A model generated the notes under the pieces. That model had not been told where the DNA came from. It made no database searches and saw only the letters and a program-made list of their open reading frames with translations. The translations under genes were made by a program, and so were the position numbers. Of a stretch of 58,608 nucleotides of DNA, positions 36,301-44,372 are shown in pieces; position 1 is the stretch's first letter, and every line of letters starts with the position of its first letter. Origin of the DNA: Candidatus Thalassarchaeaceae archaeon (GTDB taxonomy: Archaea; Thermoplasmatota; Poseidoniia; Poseidoniales; Thalassarchaeaceae); the NCBI GenBank assembly GCA_034399535.1, contig DASCSS010000022.1:1-58608 (forward strand), in the 5' to 3' direction.

Positions 36301-38522
36301 TCAAAAATGGCCGATGCTATCGAGTTCAGAGGGAACCCGTTAGGATGGTCGTCGTTTGTGTGGTTAAGCCTGGTGTACATCACCGTCTCTCCCTGGGAGC
36401 CATTGTAATTGTCCAGCCATGCAATGTGTACATTGTCGAAGTCGTCGGTAAGAATTGAGGGGAAATGCGAGTTTGCTCCAAATGGTCTGTCAGCTGGAAT
36501 TCCAGCAATTCCCTCGACGTCAGAAATGGCTCCGTCTGCAATCTGCTTGATTCCAAACGAGGGGAGGCCGTCCGGTACTCCGTCCCAGTCCGCGGAACCC
36601 CTCAGACGAAGCCTGGTGTAGTATATTTCGTAGTTGACATCAATATCGAAACCGTACATTCGGCCGTCCTGCCATGCCAAGTGTGTGTTTCCAGAGGAGT
36701 CTAATGCGATTGAGGGGTGGAGGCTATAGGCGTCATCCAGAGTTATTCTTGTGTCGTTCACAACTACTAGGTGGCCGTATCCCTGGTTGTCTTCGGATGG
36801 ACCTAGGTCCTCGGTGTAGTATCCCCCCTGATTGTTCGCCTCAGTACCTGAGTCCCCTCTGGTCCAGCCTGGCCATGGGTTGTCTAGTAGGGAATGGGGG
36901 TCTAAGACTGTCATGTATATCTCTCTTGAGTTGTTAGTGGCGAGATACACCATGGCCTCGACCATTATTTCCAACTCCGTAGAAGAAGAGCCCGAAGTGG
37001 GGAAGCTGTACATCTGTCCTCCTGCATTGGTGAGCCTTGTAGTTGCTCCATTGCATGATCTGGAGTTGAGACCCGAACCACTCGGGCACTGTGCCAGGTC
37101 CATCATGTAAGACCCAACCGACGTGTCAGAGCCCGCCCAGAGTGGGGTTGGAGCAATGTCCGCGATTACGCACGCATCATGGGCCTGATTGATGCTCTGA
37201 GTGTCATCATTGTCCATGGGAGTGCCTCCATAGGGACCTTCGTCTGAAATTGGGATTACAATCTTGGTGGCATTGGGGTTCCAGTGGTGGTCTGCCGATG
37301 TGGGTGGGTTTCCGGGAACGTTCCCGGAAATATCTCTCCAAGAGAGGCAGGCCCAGGTTGCAGCCGGTCCCCAGAACTCGCTGTAGTAACCGCCGTCGGC
37401 TGGAAGATTGGTTGGCTGATTGTTGTAAACTACCTCGGTGAGTTCCCTGATCCCTCCGGAATCGTCACCCGGAGATACGCCAAGAGGCGTGTTCCTAGGG
37501 CCTTGGCTGCCCGACCCCCCCGTTTGGTAAGCTGCAGCACAGTTGCCGCTTGTTGCAGCTGCGGGCCAGTTCCCACTTAGGGCGTAAAGAGTCTCATAGA
37601 CAGTCATGTTGGCGCTTACCAGGAGTGGTTTGAGGCCCGGGAAGGATCCCCCACTAGCGAAGTTGCCTCCGTAGAAGACGACGCACATGTCAGCCCATTC
37701 AGTGTTCATGGAGCCAGAGGTGTCGATTGGGACGACCATCTCCACCTTGCCACCTCGGGTGTCGTCCCAGACTATCTGAACGAAATCATCGACGTCCACT
37801 GCAATATCTGGGTGTCCCTTTTGACCGAGGATGGGTGTTAGCAGTGTGTTGTCAATTTCAATGATTACTGATCTGGACACCTGATCCACAGAGAGCATCT
37901 TGTAGTAAATCTGTGTTTGTTGGTAGAACAACTCAAGGGGTTCGAAAGAGTCCTCCCAAACAATGTGTGGGTTGTTATCTGAATCCACGTCTATTGCTGG
38001 CCAATCTCTGTTCTGTGGATTGTTCGTTACCTCATAATCATCAGGTACAACAGAGAGTACTGAATCCAAGGAAGAATCGCCATTCTGATCATCAAGGGAC
38101 GGATCAAGAAGAGTGTACATAATTTTGTACTGACCGGATTTGTCTGTCCAGACAACATGGACCATGTCATCGTGGTCTACCCTGACGTCCGGGTGCCAAG
38201 CCCTCTGCGCACCCGGATCGGAAATCTGGGTCTGATCGATTAGTGTGTCGCCCCTGGGGTCTAGCATCTTGTAGTATAAGTGGTTGGTATTTCTGCTCCA
38301 AACCATGTGGATGTTTCCTGCTGAGTCGGCATCTAGAGCCATCATTCTGTCATTATGTGTCCCACTATTCACAACTTGAATAGCATCCGTGAGAACAATG
38401 TCAGAAGCGGTTGCAGTCGGTGTGAGGGCTGCGAGCAGGCTCGTTAGCATCAGCAGGACCAGTGATATGCTTGCTCTGTGGTTTCCTCCACTAGCTTTCG
38501 GACTAAAGCGGCCGTTCTGCAT
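33363..38522 (-). CDS. giant (~1720 aa) secreted, C-terminally anchored protein with vWA-like MIDAS motif, propeller-like repeats and CARDB-like modules
   Basis: Signal peptide ISLVLLMLTSLLAALTPTATA. Recurrent h-V-W-x-D...Y-Y-x-x-L strands. VVPIDTSGSM carries the DxSxS MIDAS motif. Several N-x-G-N modules (NTGNVFDSF, NIGNGADRYDV, NFGNVEDRPTI, NRGNAHAADV) resemble CARDB. C-terminal helix TIIVGATVSLMGVAGFVVWG. The start is set at ATG 38522; the track start at 38558 is TTG. Confidence 0.8.
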   Translation of the reverse strand: MQNGRFSPKASGGNHRASISLVLLMLTSLLAALTPTATASDIVLTDAIQVVNSGTHNDRMMALDADSAGNIHMVWSRNTNHLYYKMLDPRGDTLIDQTQISDPGAQRAWHPDVRVDHDDMVHVVWTDKSGQYKIMYTLLDPSLDDQNGDSSLDSVLSVVPDDYEVTNNPQNRDWPAIDVDSDNNPHIVWEDSFEPLELFYQQTQIYYKMLSVDQVSRSVIIEIDNTLLTPILGQKGHPDIAVDVDDFVQIVWDDTRGGKVEMVVPIDTSGSMNTEWADMCVVFYGGNFASGGSFPGLKPLLVSANMTVYETLYALSGNWPAAATSGNCAAAYQTGGSGSQGPRNTPLGVSPGDDSGGIRELTEVVYNNQPTNLPADGGYYSEFWGPAATWACLSWRDISGNVPGNPPTSADHHWNPNATKIVIPISDEGPYGGTPMDNDDTQSINQAHDACVIADIAPTPLWAGSDTSVGSYMMDLAQCPSGSGLNSRSCNGATTRLTNAGGQMYSFPTSGSSSTELEIMVEAMVYLATNNSREIYMTVLDPHSLLDNPWPGWTRGDSGTEANNQGGYYTEDLGPSEDNQGYGHLVVVNDTRITLDDAYSLHPSIALDSSGNTHLAWQDGRMYGFDIDVNYEIYYTRLRLRGSADWDGVPDGLPSFGIKQIADGAISDVEGIAGIPADRPFGANSHFPSILTDDFDNVHIAWLDNYNGSQGETVMYTRLNHTNDDHPNGFPLNSIASAIFDPWQRVPVTEWQSDKLGPNSPLIPDFGMPPAFANDMGSGAHLGWSDTNKCNDQGNSNRYTLCYVHVLTGLVAVSLACDDKIVANPNLDGYPYDCPTEAETYYHTIQPSELTTFNITIANPTPGPAELVQDTFTVTVDGVPNNWTSTLFFATNNTPIFDSTPVFLEGGEVVPLYIRIRAPTIYQAKQDELAQISILATSHKDPAIRNQLTILTLMDVVHGIELDTSHFQVDVEQGKSAVFSISIRNTGNVFDSFAFYDPSTLDGQNEWALPFGWGIDFPLLISLDPGQSVTRNLKVSVPESQDPGTFVIYLKGWSLGEPVLSIDRGTFDVLELWINVSIRTTGNIVFDIGDTKLYVLPGECAEFPIQVTKHFTPGNLVFTTPGSPQEKPSEFDLLTWRFDHWTVELDFSEWPGSSSSPDGDVYWAQVNTPYFVTAEMCSPFNSTAGIGESVTVRAHLDGSPKVRDSVLILTNVVQRYELEANVENTILDLYPGQSYQMDATINNIGNGADRYDVSIDSIVDGNGDSHVWDLNIPRILFLELDRDESQIITIDINVPEQTLAGEYTITFNVLSEEPYEGTRLQDQIVIRATIIEFHDMRVTLDPSVESKIKTTAPSRIVRFTVNVTNFGNVEDRPTIHNYSYIQESDIWALLEYSTLSAWEIDFALLEGFRTEYPLEMPCTELTSTQLLPEQTNDCFVTSNNVVTLPTMQPYTTLQLVVIVSIDPEAALQDRYIGIKALSMHGSSEQGGDHDETLLWDDSCTLDKNKDGLLDNPAPDCDDNEQILELRLRAPDLDLYRVVAGNTEGEIGEMLSVSVYVLNRGNAHAADVNIILCKDQSPSDIKRNGCEESNIVYRQIVKAIMPIGQSTVEEANPITLLYMVEAGNHDIVVVVDPDNNIVETDESNNIMSIDGGKMSSKWGALDVGVDVVANYAVPTIIVGATVSLMGVAGFVVWGRRIAAISRFQELSSLLPGTEDDDLIF

Positions 38523-38601
38523 CGTATCTTGTCGGTTTTTCCGCCTACTTAACCTCAACCCCTTGCGGTCACTTTCTTAGTGTGGGGGATATGTCATCTG
38601 G

Positions 38602-39228
38602 CTAGACCCAATCAAGGGGGTCGAAGTCCTTTCCAAATCCTCCTGTTTCATCAGTATCGATGTCTGATGAGCGTGGATTTGTGGCCCCCGCCCTTCTCTT
38701 AGAGCTCTTTTTTGCCCAGTCATCCACGGGGCCTGGCTTTCCGATTCCAGGGCCGAAAGAATACTTGATTTGGTGTATCAAGGAGAGTTTGGTCAGCCAA
38801 ACCCTTCTCATCGTGTGCATGAACTCATTCTGTGTCAAGCCGTCGAGCCATATCGGTCGTGATAGGTTGAATGCCTGAAGGGCCCCGGCGACTTCCGTCT
38901 TTGCTCTGCCCACATGGAGAACCCAATCCAAATCCGAAGATGTCATGTTAATTCGGGTGTCGTGAAGCCACTCCTCCCATTCTTGGGGTTCTTGCGAAGA
39001 TAATTTTACCATGGATTCCTGTTGCCCTTCATCAACCCTAGTGATCGAGTAAACTAGGACTAGTGCTCGCTTCTTTGGGATTACCACATTGAACAGGTGG
39101 CCTTGTTTTGTCGGGGGGTATCTGACGTGTAAGTGTACCATTGCCTGTGGATCTTTGACTTCTCTAACCTCAAGTCGCTCGCTGGCCAGCCAAGACTTGA
39201 TGGCGTCACATGCTTCCCCTGAATCCAC
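38602..39228 (-). CDS. hypothetical protein (208 aa)
   Basis: GTG-initiated ORF on the same strand as its neighbours, with short gaps on both sides. No motif recognised. The C-terminal third is low-complexity and basic/acidic. Confidence 0.45.
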   Translation of the reverse strand: MDSGEACDAIKSWLASERLEVREVKDPQAMVHLHVRYPPTKQGHLFNVVIPKKRALVLVYSITRVDEGQQESMVKLSSQEPQEWEEWLHDTRINMTSSDLDWVLHVGRAKTEVAGALQAFNLSRPIWLDGLTQNEFMHTMRRVWLTKLSLIHQIKYSFGPGIGKPGPVDDWAKKSSKRRAGATNPRSSDIDTDETGGFGKDFDPLDWV

Positions 39229-39252
39229 GGACCTTGCAGAACACCGACCTAT

Positions 39253-40734
39253 TTAGAGCAAGTTGAGGGAGTTCCTTATTTCAATAAGCAGTTCTTCTAG
39301 CCTCCTTCCCTCATTGGAGTCTGCTAACCTAGTTCTACGAACCGAGTCCGAAAAGTCATTCCAGCAGTCGTATCCATGGAGGAAGAGGAGATTGCTCAGG
39401 TGGAATAGAAGCATCGCAGCCACAGAAAACGGGACTATTAGCGGATGAATGATGGGGAAATGTAGCAGATAAGCCAGGACCAATGTTATTGGTGGCCAGA
39501 GGAGTACAGGAGAGAACATTGCGGCTAACATGTGGTATGTGGTACGTGCATCAATTCCCTCGTCGGTCCTATCACCTAAGTACCAGGCGAAAAAGGCTTG
39601 AATTCCGGTGCTAGTGATGGTAATTAGTGCGGTTGCCGCCATCAGAAATAGTCCTTTCAGAAGCTTTCCCCACAAGCGTTCTGACGAGAGCCCGGCGTCG
39701 GTAACAGACCTTCCATCGAGTGCATGATTGTCCAGAATTTCTGCAGCTTCTTTAGAATGTGAAAGGGCGGAGTCGGGCAGTTGACCTCTGGAAAACATGT
39801 TTCGAATTTCTCTTGTCGCGAGCACTTCTTCCCTGAACGAGGCTAATCTTGTCCCGGAATGGTTTGCTCGGATGTGTCCAATGAGTTGCCAAGATCGGTA
39901 AGTCTCCCAGTCCGGTGCATCTGGGGTTATTTCGGAAAGGGAGTTGAAGAGTTGTGCCCTCAGAGAATTAACTCTTTCTCGTGGAGGCTCTACCCATTCA
40001 CCATCAATCAATTTGAGGCTAATCGCTGGCTCTTCGGGGGGCTCTACTATGATTGGTTCTATGAATTCAACGAAGATGTCGGTCCTGAACCAGTAGTGCC
40101 TCCGGTAGTGCAGCCCGACTGGTTGCATAGCCGCTAGGGGTTTTCCCCTTTGGGAAGCAATTGCTGAAGCATTAATCACGAATCTCATCGGACCAGTCTT
40201 GAATCTGTGTAGATGAGAGTCTTGGTGGGATTTACCCTCGGGCATTACTACAGCATTATGACCTGCAGCGACGCAGTTTGTCATAGTCAGAAGGGTTCTA
40301 TGGTTGATGTTTCTTGCATATTCTTCCTCAGCAACTCCAAGGTTAATCTCCGGCCGCCTAATAACTGGCTGTGAACCCATTCGTCTGGAAACCCAACCGA
40401 TAAGGGGCATCGTCATCAGATCATGCCTCCCCATAGAGATTACCCTCTTGTCTTGGGAGAGGACCAAGGATAGGGGGTCGACCAAGCCGTTGATGTGGAT
40501 TGAAGAGAGGATTCTTCCACCCCGGTGAGGAGGGAGGTCATCTACGAATCTACTTCGGAAAATATACTTCCAAGCGACCTCGAGCATGACCAGTATCACA
40601 TTCCAGAACAGGGGATTTCCTGGATGTCTGCCTGTGTGGTCCCATGGGAGTGTGTCGAGTTTTCTCTTCCTCAACTTCATTGCTCCACTAGAAAGAACTG
40701 GATCGATATCGGGGGCACACTCGTTGTCCGACAC
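39253..40734 (-). CDS. PlsC/LPLAT-like acyltransferase with C-terminal multi-helix membrane domain
   Basis: SSIHINGLVDP is an H-x5-D variant of acyltransferase motif I. MPEGKSH is a motif III PEG-like block. The last ~130 aa contain 3-4 hydrophobic helices. GTG start at 40734, with an alternative ATG at 40680. Confidence 0.55.
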   Translation of the reverse strand: MSDNECAPDIDPVLSSGAMKLRKRKLDTLPWDHTGRHPGNPLFWNVILVMLEVAWKYIFRSRFVDDLPPHRGGRILSSIHINGLVDPLSLVLSQDKRVISMGRHDLMTMPLIGWVSRRMGSQPVIRRPEINLGVAEEEYARNINHRTLLTMTNCVAAGHNAVVMPEGKSHQDSHLHRFKTGPMRFVINASAIASQRGKPLAAMQPVGLHYRRHYWFRTDIFVEFIEPIIVEPPEEPAISLKLIDGEWVEPPRERVNSLRAQLFNSLSEITPDAPDWETYRSWQLIGHIRANHSGTRLASFREEVLATREIRNMFSRGQLPDSALSHSKEAAEILDNHALDGRSVTDAGLSSERLWGKLLKGLFLMAATALITITSTGIQAFFAWYLGDRTDEGIDARTTYHMLAAMFSPVLLWPPITLVLAYLLHFPIIHPLIVPFSVAAMLLFHLSNLLFLHGYDCWNDFSDSVRRTRLADSNEGRRLEELLIEIRNSLNLL

Positions 40735-40774
40735 ATGTGGCCGAACGAGTCCGAGGTCTTGATGATTCAGCGCT

Positions 40775-41200
40775 TCAGGGGATTAGGGAATTGATTTCTA
40801 TCGCCAACCTCGCGGCCTCATCGTGGTCGATTGGAGTTGATTTGAATGGCCAACTCAATCCCCTTCCATCATCGAATTTGGGAATAATATGGAAATGGAC
40901 GTGAAACACGCTTTGGTATGCATTTGGTCCGTTGTTTTGTAGGACGTTGAACTCCTTTGCTCCAGTTGCTTCCAATACCGCTTTGGAAATACGGGGTAGG
41001 ACGGCCCCCACGGCTTCGGAATATTCCGATGAGAGCCTATCCAGCGTCTTGGCGGGCTCCTTTGGAACAACTAAGGTATGGCCCGGGCTGAATGGATTGA
41101 TGTCTAAGAAGGCGATAACATGGTCATCTTCGAACACCTTGTGACATGGGATTTCACCATTGATTATTAGAGTGAAGATGCTTGGTCCATCTTCTTGCAT
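40775..41200 (-). CDS. HIT-family (histidine triad) nucleotide hydrolase
   Basis: INGEIPCHKVFEDDHVIAFLDINP and the histidine triad HVHFHIIP. 141 aa. Confidence 0.85.
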   Translation of the reverse strand: MQEDGPSIFTLIINGEIPCHKVFEDDHVIAFLDINPFSPGHTLVVPKEPAKTLDRLSSEYSEAVGAVLPRISKAVLEATGAKEFNVLQNNGPNAYQSVFHVHFHIIPKFDDGRGLSWPFKSTPIDHDEAARLAIEINSLIP

Positions 41201-41204
41201 TTTT

Positions 41205-42671
41205 TCACCCTGAGCCTAGAATGGAGTGAGCTACCGAGGCCAACCCGTCCAGTCTAATCGCGGTCACAATTTCAGTATTCATTACTGGAGACTCGTCTGA
41301 TATCCTGATTCCTGCATCCATCATCTCACCGATGCTTGCAAGTGCAGATTGACGAGAAGAGGATTCAGAGGGGTTTGCACTTCTCATTAGGGAAGATAGC
41401 CTCGAAGCAAATTGTCCGACTGAGAGCCCCGCTTTGTTGCTCATTTCAGCTATTCTTTCTTCCGCCTCCTTACAAGAACCGCTCAGAGGAGCTAATCCTC
41501 CAAATTGAGCACCTCTTGACCACTCCGAGGCGTGATTGCCCGCGGCCTTTCCTGTGACTAGATCCTCTAGGAGAATGTTGCCTGGGAGTGGCCCTTCACC
41601 ATGGGTTCCGCTGTTTGAGCTTCTTCCAGCAGAATATAATCCGGTGAACCAGAGATTTGCCGGCAAGCCCTCTGAAGTATGGCCTTCAAAGGTGACGCGT
41701 CCAAATTCATCACATGGTGTGCCCCCTGTAGTATAGGCAACTCCTGCAGTGATCGGAATCACGTCCCTGGAAATGTCCAAACCCAGCCTATCAGAGACTA
41801 CCGAGGAAGTTTGTGAAAACCAGGGAGAAGCCTCAGAGTCCAGTCCTCTGAGATCGAGTATACAGGACTCGCCATCGATGACTTCCTCGGGTCCAACGTC
41901 TTCACCGTTCTCCCTTCTGATCCTTCCTCCCGATCCTAAGACATCTATTGGGATATGGATATCGCACCCTCTTAGGGTTAGGGGGTGCTTGGGGGTGAAT
42001 TCCATTCCCCTCAAGGTGATTCCTGCTCTCAATGCGAGAACTGTTCCAGTCCCCGCTCCCTCGTTGGGAGTAGTCCAGAGACCCTGGTGTCCATCGGTGG
42101 CTAGGATCACTGCCTTTGCCTGAATGGGATTGATTTCTCCCGTCAAAATATTCAACGTGACTACTCCTCTGACCTGGTGATTGTCAGTAGCCAGTTGGAT
42201 TGGCAGGGTGTCGGCCCACCTCTGAATTCCTCTCTTGATAGCCTGTTCCTCAAGAATCCTAGTTACCTCACGAACCGTCGAATCCCCACATCCTGCCAGT
42301 CTTGCCACGCTGTGTCCCGGAGCACGGACGGTGTGGGGGAGGCCTCCTTCCCTCCTTCTAAGAACCAGCCCCCAGCGCTCCAACTCAGCCAGAGTCGGGA
42401 CTGCCTGGCCGCATAGTCTGGCTGCAGCTATCTTGTCCGTGGACTCGCCGCCTGCAGAAACGGTATCGTCCCTGTGTGAAGATGAATCCATCTCGTCGAT
42501 TGATGCTGCTATTCCGCCTATCGGTGAAGCACCCGAAGCCGAGCCAATTCCTGAGCCATCAATGATTAGAGGGGATGCCCCTGCATCGGCACATGCTATG
42601 GCTGCGCGCAAGGCCGCTGGTCCCGCGCCGATTACTACTACATCCCAAGACTCCAAGGCTACCGTACTCAC
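41205..42671 (-). CDS. FAD-binding protein of the succinate dehydrogenase/fumarate reductase/L-aspartate oxidase flavoprotein family (divergent)
   Basis: Dinucleotide fold DVVVIGAGPAALRAAIACADAG. FTPKHPLT corresponds to the HPT block. The C-terminal GLYSAGRSSNSGTHGEGPLPGNILLEDLVTGKAAG occupies the position of the canonical HGANRLGGNSL block. GTG start. Confidence 0.6.
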   Translation of the reverse strand: MSTVALESWDVVVIGAGPAALRAAIACADAGASPLIIDGSGIGSASGASPIGGIAASIDEMDSSSHRDDTVSAGGESTDKIAAARLCGQAVPTLAELERWGLVLRRREGGLPHTVRAPGHSVARLAGCGDSTVREVTRILEEQAIKRGIQRWADTLPIQLATDNHQVRGVVTLNILTGEINPIQAKAVILATDGHQGLWTTPNEGAGTGTVLALRAGITLRGMEFTPKHPLTLRGCDIHIPIDVLGSGGRIRRENGEDVGPEEVIDGESCILDLRGLDSEASPWFSQTSSVVSDRLGLDISRDVIPITAGVAYTTGGTPCDEFGRVTFEGHTSEGLPANLWFTGLYSAGRSSNSGTHGEGPLPGNILLEDLVTGKAAGNHASEWSRGAQFGGLAPLSGSCKEAEERIAEMSNKAGLSVGQFASRLSSLMRSANPSESSSRQSALASIGEMMDAGIRISDESPVMNTEIVTAIRLDGLASVAHSILGSG

Positions 42672-42723
42672 CCACCAGTCCCAATCTCATGAACGTGACG
42701 CCCCGGTGTCGTCGCATCCAACT

Positions 42724-44190
42724 TCACTCAGCTACCGAAATGGCGAGTCGTCTGACAGCAACTGCAGCATCGAGCATCTTCTCGGCCGCACCCTCGGGGT
42801 TGAAGCCCGAGGATAGGGATGTTGTAACCACAAGAGAGGACAGGGTCTCACCCTGTGGTCCTCTGAGAGTCACCTGAACGGGTCTAGATCCAGAGGTGTT
42901 TACTGGCCATGCGAGGCCTATCCAAAGTACGAAGCAGTTGTCAATCAGCCGACCCAGCACGTCAACCAGATCGTTTCCTTCCTCCCCAAGACTAGCGGGG
43001 CGCTTCGGTTGTCGGGATAATGGAGGACTGAGTCTTATTGTCTGCTGATGTGGTTCTCCATCAGCAGCGATAATCTCGATTTCGACGTTTGCTTTCTTCT
43101 TAGAGTGGTTGTGAACCATCACGAACAGGTCGCCTTGCCCCTGGGAACACCGAGGTGGGATGTCCAAATCCATTCTCCAGCTGTTTTCCACAAGTGACGA
43201 GTGCCCTCTCATTGCAGAATCCTGAAGTCGGTCGATTAGTCTGAATAGACCGGGCTGCCATGCCCTAGTATGTGCCATTAATCTCCTCAGAGTCCGTAAA
43301 TTAAACTTGGATCTCTCGTTGGTCAGTTCGTCGATTGCTGCCACCCTGAAAACCCTCTTTGATTCTGAAAGAAGTCTTTCGTCGTCTAGGAGCCCAAGGT
43401 GGTTCAGATGGAGGACGCGAAGGAGATGCTCAACCGCAGAGGATGGGGTCTGATTTGATCTGACCTTTGCATCCAAGTCTTTGGTCCAATCGTCCCATGC
43501 GCCGGCGGTTTCAGGGTCGAGATGGGCAACTACAAGGTCTGAGAGCACTCGATCCAGGGTGCTCTGGTGTAGAGCGGGGGCGTGTAGTGAGAGAAGGGGG
43601 AAATCCTCATCTGTCATCGGAATCCTACTCTCGAGTTGCAGTGAGTTCAGAAGAGAGATTGAGCCCAAAAATATCGCTAGCCCATAGAGGAACGATGCCA
43701 GTACAGTGCCAGTTTCGAAATTGTCAACTGAGTTCATTGCCAATGCTGCGACAATTGCGCAGATTAGTCTGGTTCTCTCTCTCAGAGTCCTTTCGTGTAG
43801 AGTATTGAGTATCCTCTCGACACCGGGATATGCCTCCATCGATTTCTTCCCCTCGGCCTTTAGTTGGAGGCGGTCTCTAGCTGACATCTGAGCGAAGGCG
43901 GAAGCCAGCATTGCAGGGAAGAACAGTGCAGCTAACAAAGAGAATAAGGCAACACTGATTTGCTCGTATCCGGGAATTCGATCCGAGGACAGGACGACTG
44001 TGTAGGAAATAGCTACTAAGCCGATCAAAGTTCGAGCCTCGGGGGCCCACGGGAGTGTGGAAATGCGAGTCCACATCACTCGTTGGGAGTCCCGGATTCT
44101 CACCCTTCTTGTGAGCGCAGATTCAGATACCTGACCGAAGCTGCTTTCCTCTCCATAGGGGTTGGGCAGGAGAGAGTCACTCTTGGCCAC
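42724..44190 (-). CDS. hypothetical membrane protein (488 aa)
   Basis: GTG-initiated ORF. About four hydrophobic helices lie in the first 200 aa, followed by a ~280-aa soluble domain. No motif recognised. Confidence 0.5.
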   Translation of the reverse strand: MAKSDSLLPNPYGEESSFGQVSESALTRRVRIRDSQRVMWTRISTLPWAPEARTLIGLVAISYTVVLSSDRIPGYEQISVALFSLLAALFFPAMLASAFAQMSARDRLQLKAEGKKSMEAYPGVERILNTLHERTLRERTRLICAIVAALAMNSVDNFETGTVLASFLYGLAIFLGSISLLNSLQLESRIPMTDEDFPLLSLHAPALHQSTLDRVLSDLVVAHLDPETAGAWDDWTKDLDAKVRSNQTPSSAVEHLLRVLHLNHLGLLDDERLLSESKRVFRVAAIDELTNERSKFNLRTLRRLMAHTRAWQPGLFRLIDRLQDSAMRGHSSLVENSWRMDLDIPPRCSQGQGDLFVMVHNHSKKKANVEIEIIAADGEPHQQTIRLSPPLSRQPKRPASLGEEGNDLVDVLGRLIDNCFVLWIGLAWPVNTSGSRPVQVTLRGPQGETLSSLVVTTSLSSGFNPEGAAEKMLDAAVAVRRLAISVAE

Positions 44191-44294
44191 AACCCCACGG
44201 GTTGCTTCTTCTGCTTGATGGCATCGGAAGATGAGGGGATAAGCTTGCCATTAGCAAGCACCACATTTCTTGAGGGGTGAGTGCTCGCGAAAGC

Positions 44295-44372
44295 GGGCGT
44301 GTAGCATAGCCTGGATAATGCACCGGCCTCCTAAGCCGGGGACCGCGGGTTCGAATCCTGCCGCGCCCGCCA
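44295..44372 (+). tRNA. tRNA-Arg (anticodon CCT), 3'-CCA encoded
   Basis: GGGCGTG-TA-GCAT-AGCCTGGATA-ATGC-A-CCGGC-CTCCTAA-GCCGG-..-GCGGG-TTCGAAT-CCTGC-CGCGCCC-G-CCA. All four stems pair when hand-folded. Confidence 0.88.
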
